Origin: Eledone cirrhosa
Taxonomy: Eukaryota
Assembly: GCA_964016885.1 (NCBI GenBank)
Contig: OZ024744.1
Coordinates: 103,540,001 to 103,604,000, forward strand
DNA length: 64,000 bases
Direction of reading: 5' to 3'
Positions within the stretch are counted from its first letter, which is position 1. Each line of letters starts with the position of its first letter. Shown here piece after piece: positions 1 through 11,708 of the stretch. A program made the position numbers and the translations under genes. The notes beneath the pieces are model-generated. The model was not told where the DNA came from, did not search any database, and saw only the letters and a program-made list of their open reading frames with translations.

Positions 1-50
1 GCAGCCCTACCAAGAACTGACACCGTCCAATGGACGGGGTCATTTGCTAG
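1..50 (+). mobile_element. 3' end of a non-autonomous Helitron
   Basis: GC-rich hairpin CCGTCC-AAT-GGACGG followed ~10 nt later by CTAG (47-50); near-identical to 985-1035. Confidence 0.8.
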
Positions 51-1035
51 TCTATATATATAATTCCCGTTCTGTGTGTGTGTGTAAAAGAGTTTCACTT
101 GGAAAATATTCCATCCATCTCTGTCAAATTAAACACATAGCCAAAATAGGCTACCGTTTGTAACATCAAGAAAAAATTATTTCATAATGATTAATTTCGA
201 AGTCACAAACTTATAGACTTTTGCACTAACAAATTTCATGACGGCCATAAAGAGAGGGAGAGCGTTCAATTTTACACACTTCTTAACTCTCCCCCTTCCA
301 CAATACGACGTTATGGGATTGTATGTGTATGTGCGTGTGTATATGTGTGTGTATGTGTTTGTGTGTGTATGTGTGTGTGTGTGTGTAATTTCCATAACGG
401 CCAGAGAGAGACGGATGTGTGAGAGGGAGATAGAAAGAGAGGAGTGAGAGAGAGAGAGTAAAGTAAAGAAAGAGAGGAGTGAGAGAGAGAGAGTAAAGTA
501 AAGAAAGAGAGGAGTGAGAGAGAGAGAGTAAAGTAAAGAAAGAGAGGAGTGAGAGAGAGAGAGAGTAAAGTAAAGAAAGCGAGGAGTGTGTGTGACGCGA
601 ATATGATAAATACAGCGTTTATAATTTTAACTTCTTTATTACACTTCTTAACTCTCCCCCTTCCACAACGTCACGTCTTGGGATTGTGTGCGTATGTGTG
701 TGTGTATGTGTGTGTGTATGTGTGTGTGTTTGTGTGTATGTGTGTGTATGTTTGTGTGTGTATGTGTTTGTGTGTGTGTGTACATGATGGATGTTTTAAA
801 ATTACACATTGTTCAACCGACACGGCTAACGATACATTTCTCTATGTTCACATTTTAATGACACATATCTGTAAATAAAACTTGCTCTTTTTGAATACCG
901 TCTCATTTTTTTTATTGAAAGAGTTGATCAGGTAAAATTATCCTCCAAGTTAAACATACAACACGGAAATTGACCATTAACATTGCAGCCCTACCAAGAA
1001 CTGACACCGTCCAATGGACGGGGGTCATTTGCTAG
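51..1035 (+). mobile_element. Complete non-autonomous Helitron (~985 bp) with internal (TG)n and ~33-bp GA-rich tandem repeats
   Basis: 5' TC (TCTATATATATAATTCCCG), subterminal hairpin CCGTCCAATGGACGG, 3' CTAG followed by T, no TIR or TSD. Confidence 0.8.
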
Positions 1036-1960
1036 TTATATATATTTTTTCTTATATTTATTTGTGTGTGAGTATGTAGAGGTGTGTGTATATATTTCTA
1101 TTTTTGTGCATACGTATGTATGCATGTAGATATGTGTGTATGTATGTGTATGTATGTACGTGTGTATATACGTATGATTGTGTGTATGTATGTATGTATA
1201 TGTATCTCTGGGAGAGATGACCCCTTAGCCTTTGTCAAGGCAGAATTCTAGGAGAAGGAAAACTCTGATATAGCACCTGCAACCCTGATGGTATCCAATG
1301 ATGTTGACTTGTTCTTCTTTTTGGTAAATATCTTCTTGGTTAAGAGAGTGGGACTGGCTTTGTGCAGTGCCTTTGCTCACTATAAAAGCTTCACGGCACA
1401 GGCATTGCTTTATATCTGGAGATCTCTCTGCACTTGTCATCACATGGTACCATGGGCCCAGCACTATGTGTCAGTAATTGTCACAAGTGTAGTGTTTGTA
1501 CCAAAGTTTTCAAGTCGCTGGCTGGACTAAAAAGTCACACTCGTTCAGCGCATCAGTAGGGGTTCTCCTACATGGATATAAAGTAGTGGCCGTACTCGAA
1601 AACGAGTTGGCAGCCACCATATGTATGTGTATGGCTATGTATGTGTATGTGTATGCATATATATATATTTATATATTTGACACTCTGTATAGCTCTACAC
1701 ATCATCACAGAAGTGAACCTAAACATCGAGTGCTCACCCGGGTGAACCTGCAGTAACTCCTAGTTACACCCACTGGGTATATTTATATATATATATATAT
1801 ATATATATTAGAATTGGAGCTCTGAAATAGCAATATATATATATATGGATGTATATATAATGTATTTTGCAATACACTTTATGCTTAATTAAAAGCATTT
1901 TGAAGACCGTAAGCTATTGTTTTAAAGTAGTGACAAATTCACTTACTTTGATCTCAGCAA

Positions 1961-2032
1961 ACAGGGGATATAAGCCGACAAGTCTTGTTTCGCTTTGGTT
2001 GAAGCTTATCAAGGCAAAACTACCCCTCCTGT
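1961..2032 (-). ncRNA. Hammerhead ribozyme (type I, U3-A8 core variant), copy 1
   Basis: - strand 2015-1974 reads GCC-UUGAUAA-GCUU(CAACCA)AAGC-GAAA-CAAG-A-CUUG-UC-GGC: stems I-III and a GUC cleavage triplet. Confidence 0.75.
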
Positions 2033-2277
2033 CTACCGAGATCACTGATGTTATATTCTTATAGAAATCTAGTAAATAATCAGGAGCTGATTATGCAGAG
2101 CGGTTGATGGTCAGGCAGAAATTAAAAATTAGAATTGGAGCTCTGAAATAGCAATATATATATGGATGTATATATAATGTATTTTGCAATACACTTTATG
2201 CTTAATTAAAAGCATTTTGAAGACCGTAAGCTATTGTTTTAAAGTAGTGACAAATTCACTTACTTTGATCTCAGCAA

Positions 2278-2348
2278 ACAGGAGAGATAAGCCGACAAGT
2301 CTTGTTTCGCTTTGGTTGAAGCTTATCAAGGCCAACTACCCCTCCTGT
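2278..2348 (-). ncRNA. Hammerhead ribozyme copy 2
   Basis: Identical core at 2291-2332. Confidence 0.75.
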
Positions 2349-2592
2349 CTACCGAGATCACTGATGTTATATTCTTATAGAAATCTAGTAAATAATCAGG
2401 AGCTGATTATGCAGAGCGGTTGTTGGTCAGGCAGAATTTAAAAATTAGAATTGGAGCTCTGAAATAGCAATATATATATGGATGTATATATAATGTATTT
2501 TGCATACACTTTATGCTTAATTAAAAGCATTTTGAAGACCGTAAGCTATTGTTTTAATGTAGTGACAAATTCACTTACTTTGATCTCAGCAA

Positions 2593-2663
2593 ACAGGGGA
2601 GATAAGCCGACAAGTCTTGTTTCGCTTTGGTTGAAGCTTATCAAGGCCAACTACCCCTCCTGT
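2593..2663 (-). ncRNA. Hammerhead ribozyme copy 3
   Basis: Identical core at 2606-2647; extended stem I ACAGGAGGGGUAG/UUAUCUCCCCUGU. Confidence 0.75.
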
Positions 2664-2910
2664 CTACCGAGATCACTGATGTTATATTCTTATAGAAATC
2701 TAGTAAATAATCAGGAGCTGATTATGCAGAGCGGTTGTTGGTCAGGCAGAAATTAAAAATTAGAATTGGAGCTCTGAAATAGCAATATATATATATGGAT
2801 GTATATATAATGTATTTTGCAATACACTTTATGCTTAATTAAAAGCATTTTGAAGACCGTAAGCTATTGTTTTAAAGTAGTGACAAATTCACTTACTTTG
2901 ATCTCAGCAA

Positions 2911-2981
2911 ACAGAGGAGATAAGCCGACAAGTCTTGTTTCGCTTTGGTTGAAGCTTATCAAGGCCAACTACCCCTCCTGT
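2911..2981 (-). ncRNA. Hammerhead ribozyme copy 4
   Basis: Identical core at 2924-2965. Confidence 0.75.
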
Positions 2982-3178
2982 CTACCGAGATCACTGATGT
3001 TATATTCTTATAGAAATCTAGTAAATAATCAGGAGCTGATTATGCAGAGCGGTTGTTGGTCAGTCAGAAATTAAAAATTAGAATTGGAGCTCTGAAATAG
3101 CAATATATATATGGATGTATATATAATGTATTTTGCAATACACTTTATGCTTAATTAAAAGCATTTTGAAGACCGTAA

Positions 3179-4290
3179 AAGATATGACCGCCTTTGAATT
3201 AGACCTAGTTAACCTAATCAACAATATCAATTTTCGTAAGTACTCTAACCCTTTTCAATCTAAATTATCTAATGACATTTCAACTTTCAAATCTTCTAAT
3301 AATAAGTTCATCTTCTCCGATAAAACTAAAAACCTATATGAAGTTAATAATAATTTACACGACCAACTATTAATAGATAATATCACCTCTAAATACCAAA
3401 TAGCTAATATAAATACGTACCATAATATTAATAAGGAAGCTAAAGAATTAGCTGTTTCTTTAAAAATAGATAATAGGACAGAAAAACTTGCTAAACGTTC
3501 TGCGTATATCACCCTTAAAGATCATAAACCCGACTTTATTAATCGTCCTAGTTGTAGATTAATCAACCCTGCTAAGACTGATATTGGTCTTGCCAGCAAA
3601 AAAATGTTAAATAAATTAAATACACACATTAGAAGTAAGTCTAAATTACTCCAATGGATAAATAGCTCTTCCGTAGTACATTGGTTTAATAATATTAAAA
3701 ACAAAAATAGTTCTAAATTCACCCAATTTGACATTGTAGATTTCTACCCATCTATCACTCAGACCCTTTTAGCGAAAGCTTTAAATTTCGCTAGAGGGTT
3801 TACTAATATCTCCGATATTGAAGAGAATGTCATCTTGCATGCTAGGAACACTCTACTTTTTAATGATAATGACACTTAGGTAAAAATATCTAACCCAGAG
3901 AACCCATTCGATGTCTCAATGGGCTCTTACGACAGTGCTGATGTTTGTGATCTGGTCGGCCTATTCCTCTTACATAGACTTAAAGAAAAATTTCCTAACC
4001 ATATTTTTGGGCTTTATCGCGACGATGGTCTAATACTTTCCCATACCACCATAGGCCATAACTTAGATAGATTAAGGAAAGACTTAATAAAAACCTTCGC
4101 TAGTTTTAATCTTAAAATTACTATTGACACTAACCTTTCCAACGTAGATTTCCTAGATATAAACCTAGATTTGCCTACTGCTTCTTATAAACCATACCAT
4201 AAACCTAATGAAAACTTAAAATATATAAATAAAGGATCTTGCCATCCACCTATAGTTTTTAAAAACCTTATCCCTAATATTAGCCGTACA
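3179..4290 (+). pseudogene. Penelope-like element reverse transcriptase, truncated at both ends, one in-frame TAG (3877-3879)
   Basis: PLE motifs FELDLVNLINNINFR, ITLKDHK, CRLINPAK, FDIVDFYPSI, MGSYDSADVCDLVG, GLYRDDGL, FLDINLDL. Confidence 0.92.
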
Positions 4291-5029
4291 ACCTGTTAGG
4301 TCCCTAGACGAGTTGCATTGACTGATTTTACCCATACAGCGTTGATACATTGTTGTTTCAGGCCTGGAAGTTGTTAGCAGTCCATTTATTAGGCTGCATT
4401 ATGCTAGTCCACATCATCATATGAGCGTTGAGGGTTTTTCCCTTTCCTCATGTTCTTGTGGTGTTACTTCTCTTGTGTTGATGATGTGGGGTAACATTGC
4501 CTGGATGTAGCTTGGCAGGCTGTCTTCTGACATTCTGCCAGATTTGTCTGTTTGAAAAGCCTGTGTGACCTTACGCAAAGCTATTTGCTTATTTTTCCCC
4601 CAGTTGCTGGGCCTCCATACTATTATTCTCATATGATGATGTGGAAAGAGCTTTGACAATATATAAACAACTATCTGGTTATTGAACTAACCAGAAATTG
4701 ATAATAAATTAAAGTGAAAACCATATGGTGTGTGTGTTTTTATTGGCAGCATGACCCTCCCAAAGTATAACTATATCCATATATATATATCCTACATCAT
4801 TGTTTAACATAAATGTTCCCTTCCTATTAAGGTTTGGACATGTTGTTACTGAAATGGTACTTTTAACCTCCAGGTTGACTGGGGGACTAATCTCACTGTC
4901 CTCTTGGTTGGCTGGGGTCATAACATATGATCCTGCCACCCTCATCTTCTTCTCCCCCTCCTCTTGATATATATATACAACATCATTGTAGTAAAATAAT
5001 ATTACTGATTTCTTTATTGGCCACAAGCA

Positions 5030-6720
5030 CCTACATATAGGGGACAATACAAGAGATGGGGACAGTCGGAGTTTGCACCAGACAGAGGAAAACTGCCTGT
5101 CCTTCCAGACCAAAAGAAGGTAGCAGGTCGATCTTCACTATGGACTTGGTCGATAGCCAGATCTGTCCTACGTGCTACAACAGCTGTTTGACATAACTAC
5201 ACAAGTCAGTAATGCACGAACACTGAATGAGTGCATGCAGAATGGTTTCAGCGTTTTGCACACATCTTGGGTATGTCTCTCTGACTGCACTTCTATGCCT
5301 TTAGAGTTTATCTTGAACCGGCAGTGCTTTCTGGTAGCACTGGCAAGTGAGGGATTACTGGAACTGACTGGTTAGTTCAATTTTGCAATTTCACTGATTC
5401 CCAGAGACTCCTCAAGAACATCGTCGAACTTGCCCACCACTAACCCTCTATACAACTCTAGGGTGGAAGTTCCACTGACCACATTGCCTGCCTGGTGGAG
5501 AGCAGTGAGCACCTGACAATATTCCAGATGCCAGGCACCCAGTATCGGTCTTTTCTTGACCCAGGACTGCAGCTCTGCCAAAGAGCCGAGCTGCGGAAAG
5601 GCCTGTCTCACAAATCGCGAGCACACCTGTTCACCGTTTAAACAGAATGTCTGAAGATTCCGTAACCCAACCACAGAGCGTGTTTGTGCATCATCAGTCA
5701 CGGCATGCCCAGCCCTCCATATACAGGGGAGTGCTGGCAGCAGATGGACTGCCTCACCAATAGAACCTGTACTTTTCACAAAAAGTGGACGAGTAGATTG
5801 TAGCGCTCTCTAGACAAGGGAAGTAGCTTGAGTTACTTCCCGTTGAAATTCCAGAACTTTCCTTGTAACTTCCGTCCAGGGAACTATAAAAGAGATAGCT
5901 CAGGTCTATCTTTCTCTCTTTTCACCTCTTGGCCGCCTGGCCTAGTAAGGCCAGGCATGGTTACGCCAAAGGTATACTCTCTTTCTGGCGGTTTCTTCTC
6001 AAGCTGACAACACCGAGCACAAGCATGCTAACATTCTTCGAATTACACCTTATGGTTCTGGACTATACCCCATAATTCTACGTAGACATTTGTTGACTAC
6101 ACTTTTGTAATATGAACTACAAATAAATCAAGTTACTTTTGATATTCGGTTGAGAAATTGTTACACTTTAATTATTACCTATGGTAGTGAGAGATGACTC
6201 ACACGAGACACGAATTTGTAGGAAGTACTCCTATCATTTTCTTTATTAAATTTAGTGGTTAGATTCCGGTGGTACTCACTGGAGTGAGTAACCCTGGGAC
6301 CTAGCACCACTAAAAGATGTTCCAATTTGGTGAGGTGTCAACGAACGGAAGCAAGGTATGAGGATCAAACGGTAGTAGATAATGGACATGATGTATGCAT
6401 TCACCATCTTTGTCTGACCTTTCAACGATAGTTTCCTCTCGGCCAATTTCTGGGTGAGAGTGACCACCCTGTTTGTTACCTCATCTTAGTTCTTATCCGC
6501 CTGGAGGTCCAAACCAGACCCTAAGCAACTTCACCGGTCCATTTGTCCAGTGTCCATCTTTCCTTACCAACATTACTATGCTCCAGCTTACAGAACTGGA
6601 AATACTCCCATTCTGCTACCAGTTGCTGTAGACCACTTTGAGGAGGTCGGAGAACAAGTCTTGCATTTCTACGTAAAGCTTGTAGGGTAGACCATTCAAA
6701 CTAGGTGACTTGCACACAAT
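5030..6720 (-). mobile_element. Degenerate L1/Tx1-clade LINE ORF2 C-terminal part, split by a solo LTR
   Basis: RKLSLKGQTKMVNAYIMSIIYYRL; LTKLEHLLVHFL*K is restored after removing the insert; downstream GLGMP-like and Cys/His region. Confidence 0.65.
5799..6314 (+). mobile_element. Probable solo LTR (516 bp)
   Basis: Starts TGTAG, ends CTAAA (degenerate CTACA); 4-bp TSD AGAT; TATAAAA near 5885 and AATAAA near 6122. Confidence 0.65.
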
Positions 6721-7295
6721 GCAGGACATCATGAATCCTGGAAATAATACCACCACCTCAACATAAACAACCTATTGCTGGTGGAACAGGAAGGGTGCCG
6801 AAAGAAGTCCTATGGTACTAAAGATCAGTTCCTTATTGACAAGATGATAATTAGGAACAGCAACAGAAGGCATACTGGTCTTTCCATGGGATGGATAGAT
6901 TAGCAGAAGGAATTAGACATGGTTCCTCATTCTAGGATAACCAAGTGTCTGGAAATCTTCAAGATGGCAGACAACATCAGACTACTATTAAGTGAAGACC
7001 TGGGAGACAGAGCTAACATCAGGTGGAGTATACTTGGGAGGAGTGAAAATCAAGAGAAGTATCTTCCAAGGATCTCTCCCCTTGTCCTCATATGATTGTG
7101 CCACAAATTGTGAAGACAGAAGGCAGAATACATACTTGGAAGAGGACAACTTACCAGCAACCACCTCCTCTTCATGGACAACCTACAACTGTTCGGGAAG
7201 AGCTGAATGTACTTGTTGACACTGTCTATAGTGGTGTCATAGTGATGAGAAGAGGGAAATTGAAGAGATGTTAAGGAATGGAGGTAGCAACTTGT
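6720..7295 (+). mobile_element. R4/Dong-clade non-LTR RT fragment (degenerate)
   Basis: EQEGCRKKSYGTKDQFLIDKMII, VKIKRSIFQG, NHLLFMDNLQLF. Confidence 0.7.
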
Positions 7296-7299
7296 GAGA

Positions 7300-7437
7300 T
7301 GCTGCTGCTACTATGGCTGTTAGTATTACTACTACTACTACTACTACTGCTACTATGACTGCTAGTACTACTACTGCTTCTGCTGTGACTACTACTGCTA
7401 CTACTGCTGTTGCTACTACTACTACTACTGCTACTAG

Positions 7438-7512
<75 letters not shown>

Positions 7513-7938
7513 GGCAGCTAGTACTACTGCTGCTGCTACTGCTACTACTACCACTATGGTTGGTGCTACTGCTACTACTACTAATGCTACTGCTGTAACA
7601 ACAACTACTACTACTAATACTGCTACTACTATTATTACTACTACTACTGCTACTACTATTATTACTACTACTACTGCTACTATGGCTGATAGTATTACTA
7701 CTACTACTACTATGGCTGCTAGTACTATTGCTGCTACTACTACTACTGCTGGTACTACTGTTGCTGCTGCTACTACTACTACTGCTACTACTATTACTAC
7801 TGCTACAGCTGTTACTACTACTACTACTACCGCTACTACTACAACTACTAATACTGCTACTGCTACTACTACTACTGCTTCTGCTACTACTACTACTGCT
7901 GCTACTACTGCTGCTATTACTACTGCTACTACTACTAC
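7300..7938. repeat. (ACT/GCT)n compound microsatellite
   Basis: Direct reading. Confidence 0.95.
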
Positions 7939-8159
7939 AAACTTTCCCCGATGTTCCTTTTTGACCCCTTCACAATGGATGGTACAACCAAAGTATAGGG
8001 ACTAATATTTATTTTCAAGCTAACATTATCACATCTCATGTCCATACCACTACAATCTCCTCTCCTCTCCTGCGCACTGCATCTCATCCCTGTTATACCC
8101 AGTTTCTCTCAGTTCATTTATGCTTTGTCTACCTCCGTAAAAACACTTATTAGCAAGAC

Positions 8160-8565
8160 ATACCCTTTTCAAAGACCCTCATGTATAGATAAGAAATGTA
8201 TAACCTGTAAAATAAGCCCCCATATTAACTGTAAAACTAGAAATGTAGTGTATAGCATAAGATGTACTGAAGGACAATGTAGAGACAAAAATATAGTGTA
8301 CATAGGTGAGACAGCTCGTAGTATAGGGGAACGGATAAATGAACACTGGCGAGACCTTCAAGATAATAAAGAATCATCTGTACTCTACCAACATGCTAAG
8401 ATAGAACACAAGGGTAAATTAGAGAACATAGAAATAAAAATAGAATCTACACACAGAAAAGATGCAATGTTTAGACAAATTACAGAGGCAATAAACATAA
8501 AAGAATTACAACCAAAATTAAATAGAAAATATGAGTGGAACAGCAACATCACAACTTACAATTAA
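8160..8565 (+). pseudogene. PLE GIY-YIG endonuclease domain (3' fragment)
   Basis: CITC..INCKTRNVVYSIRC..C..VYIGETARSIGERINEH...EAINIK..PKLN. Confidence 0.88.
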
Positions 8566-9760
8566 GGACAAAATGAAAACGCACACACACACATAGAACA
8601 AACAACCAACCAGTAACATGTAAATAAATAAATAAATAAATAAACAAATAGATAAATGAACATAAACACACACAGACACCCGGATGTGGCGCATGCGCAG
8701 ACTAAGCACACAACACACACACAGAAACAAAATGGCGTAGGACAGAACAAAGGAGAGGCACAGAAACAAAGAAAAGAATCCCCAGTCACTGAAGAGGTCA
8801 GAGTGTGTGACGAAAGGACTATAACTATATATAAACAACTATCTGGTTGTGGAACCAACCAACCAACCAGAAATTTATAAATTTATAAATTTGTAAATTT
8901 ATAAATGTATAATAAATTGAAGTGAAAGCAACTGGTGCGTGTGTTTCTTATTGGCAACATGACCCTCCCAAAGTATAACAATATCGGTTTCAACACACGA
9001 TTTCAGATAAAGAATCTTGCTAAACAAATTCAGAAACGAAATGTATATATATATATATACACACATACACATACATATACATACACATATACATACACAT
9101 ACATACATACACACAATCATACGTATATACACACGTGCATACATACACATACATACACACATATATATACACGCATACATACGCATGCACAAAAATAGAA
9201 ATATATATACACACCTCTACATACTCACACACACAAATAAATAAAAGAAAAAATATATAATAATAAAAAACATAAAAATGAATATAAAGACTGTTATAAT
9301 GCTGACAGCGATACAGGCAACAAGTAAATGAACAAACACACGTGGTAAGCAATACACACAAATGCACGTACACATACATATATATGTGTGTGTGTGTATA
9401 TATGTATATGTGTTGTGTGTGTGTATGTATTTGTGTATGCGTATGTATGTGTTTATGTATTTGTATATGTATATTTATGTGTGAGAGTGTGTGTATGTAT
9501 TTATTTTTACGTATGTATTCTGTCTGTAGTTTACAGACACACAGATAAAATATATATTTACGCACACTTTTTCACTATACGTATATATTTGTGCATACAC
9601 ATATATGCACATCTGTGAGCGTATATACATACATATACACACACCTAACTATATTTCTTGAAAGATTATTATATATTTCATATTGTAATTCATTTGTCTA
9701 TATATTTTTTTTTGCTTTTCTTGATGAGACTTTCCAAGTATTTACCCATGTTTTATATTG

Positions 9761-9830
9761 CCTCGTCTGACGAACGAATGAAGACGTTTCTTTCGTATTC
9801 GCCTCATTCGGGAAACCTCTGGTAATGAGG
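9761..9830 (+). ncRNA. Hammerhead ribozyme candidate (second family)
   Basis: CCUCGU-CUGACGA-(CGAAUG..CAUUCG stem II)-GAAA-CC(UCU)GG-UA-AUGAGG; first stem II pair is mismatched. Confidence 0.6.
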
Positions 9831-10074
9831 TAATTATATTGTATTGATTTTTATACATTAAATTTTGTTCTGGTACCTACATAGAGCACTCTTCACTTCT
9901 ATGACCTTTTCTGTTTTCAACGGAAATGTCAATACTTATATATATATATATATATGTAAGTTGAAAAAAATGAAAACGAAATTTCATTTCTCACTCTTAG
10001 TATGGCACTTACTTAAATGTAAGTATGTATGTATACGTACATACATATATGTATACAGACGTACAGTAGCATGC

Positions 10075-10106
<32 letters not shown>

Positions 10107-10120
10107 GCATACATACTTAC

Positions 10121-10185
<65 letters not shown>

Positions 10186-10335
10186 CACACACATACATAG
10201 CCATACAATTATATACATACATATACATACATATCACAAACACGTACATACAAATACAAACACACACATATATATATATGTGTAAAACTCATTCTTAGAT
10301 AATTCATATGAACCTTATTTAACTCTAAAATATAT

Positions 10336-10753
10336 GGCATACGTCAAGACGGGCGGTCTCAAAAGTGAAACTAATTTTTGACATGTGTGTATATATATAT
10401 ATGTGTGTGTGTATGTATATATATATATGTGTGTGTTTGTATATATATATGTGTTTGTGTTATCATCGTTTAACGTCTATCTTCCACGCAAGCATGGGTT
10501 TAGACGTATATATATGTTTGTGTGTATATATGTGTTTGTGTGTATATATATGTGTGTTTGTGTGTATATATATGTGTATGTATATATATATTTATGCACA
10601 CATACACATTCGTATGAATTTGTAGATGTATATATATATGCATGTACACAATTGTATGGGTTTTTAAAAAAAATAATGACATTGTGTGTGAAAGTAATCA
10701 CTTACGTAACTGTCAAAAATTAGTTTCATTTTTGAGACCGCCCGTCTTGACGT

Positions 10754-10758
<5 letters not shown>
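10336..10758. mobile_element. MITE-like element with 48-bp TIRs and a microsatellite interior
   Basis: GGCATACGTCAAGACGGGCGGTCTCAAAA...TGACA at 10336-10383; inverse at 10711-10758 with 1 mismatch. Confidence 0.75.
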
Positions 10759-10843
<85 letters not shown>

Positions 10844-10852
10844 ATTAAATAA

Positions 10853-11217
10853 ACAATATTAAATAAATGGAAAACTATATTTATAAAACCATATCTATTT
10901 CATTATATATATTTCGGGGATATCATATTAACAATATGCTATGCCTTCATCAGACAAAATACAATATAAACAGTTTTATAGATAAATAGATTCGACATAC
11001 CGTTATAACACCGACTTCATTTGAAGAGGTTTAAGCTGGCAGTCTTCAAATGAAGTCGGTGTTATAACGGTATGTCGAATCTATTTATCTATAAAACTGT
11101 TTATATTGTATTTTGTCTGATGAAGGCATAGCATATTGTTAATATGATATCCCCGAAATATATATAATGAAATAGATATGGTTTTATAAATATAGTTTTC
11201 CATTTATTTAATATTGT
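10853..11217. repeat. Long perfect palindrome (175-bp arms, 15-nt loop) containing a minimal hammerhead
   Basis: Arms 10853-11027 and 11043-11217; CTGATGA...GAAATATATATA motif at 11109-11174. Confidence 0.9.
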
Positions 11218-11303
11218 AAATATACTCCAAATATTTGTCGAGTGCTTTTATATCAGTTATAAATATTTACTAGTTGTAACCCAACAATTTTAAATATAAC
11301 TTT

Positions 11304-11355
<52 letters not shown>

Positions 11356-11621
11356 TTAAGGATACTATTTATGGTTATGTATATACTAAAACCTTTTATA
11401 TATATATATTTATATATATATATATATTTATTAAAATAACAGATTAAAGTTTAAGCAAAGAATCGCTGCTTTCACCCTTAACAGGATCTTCTGAAGCGAT
11501 TCTTTGCTTAAACGTTAATCTGTTATTTTAATAAATATTTGCTCTACGGTTCTTATATATTTGATATATATTTATCCTTATCGAGCCCTCTTTGGATTTT
11601 AGTCTTCAAATTTATTATTAT

Positions 11622-11681
<60 letters not shown>

Positions 11682-11708
11682 CGTATAAAAATCAATACAA
11701 TATAATTA

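Larger units (their letters stand above)
1808..3178 (-). repeat. Tandem array of ~317-bp units (4.3 copies), probable PLE pseudo-LTR/retrozyme-like array
   Basis: Units start at 1808, 2129, 2445, 2760 and 3078 and are near-identical. Each full unit has a hammerhead motif on the - strand. The array abuts a PLE ORF. Confidence 0.9.

Noticed and set aside
1225-1620. GC-richer block with short ORFs (also 4300-4660)
   Set aside because: Probably decayed non-LTR fragments, but no diagnostic motif could be read.
1867-3074. Repeated 65-92 aa ORFs in the 317-bp units
   Set aside because: TTG starts, frames differ between copies, no motif; the signal is RNA structure on the opposite strand.
7237-8005. 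Poly-Thr/Val/Leu ORFs (mucin-like)
   Set aside because: Translation of an (ACT/GCT)n microsatellite; no splice or domain support.
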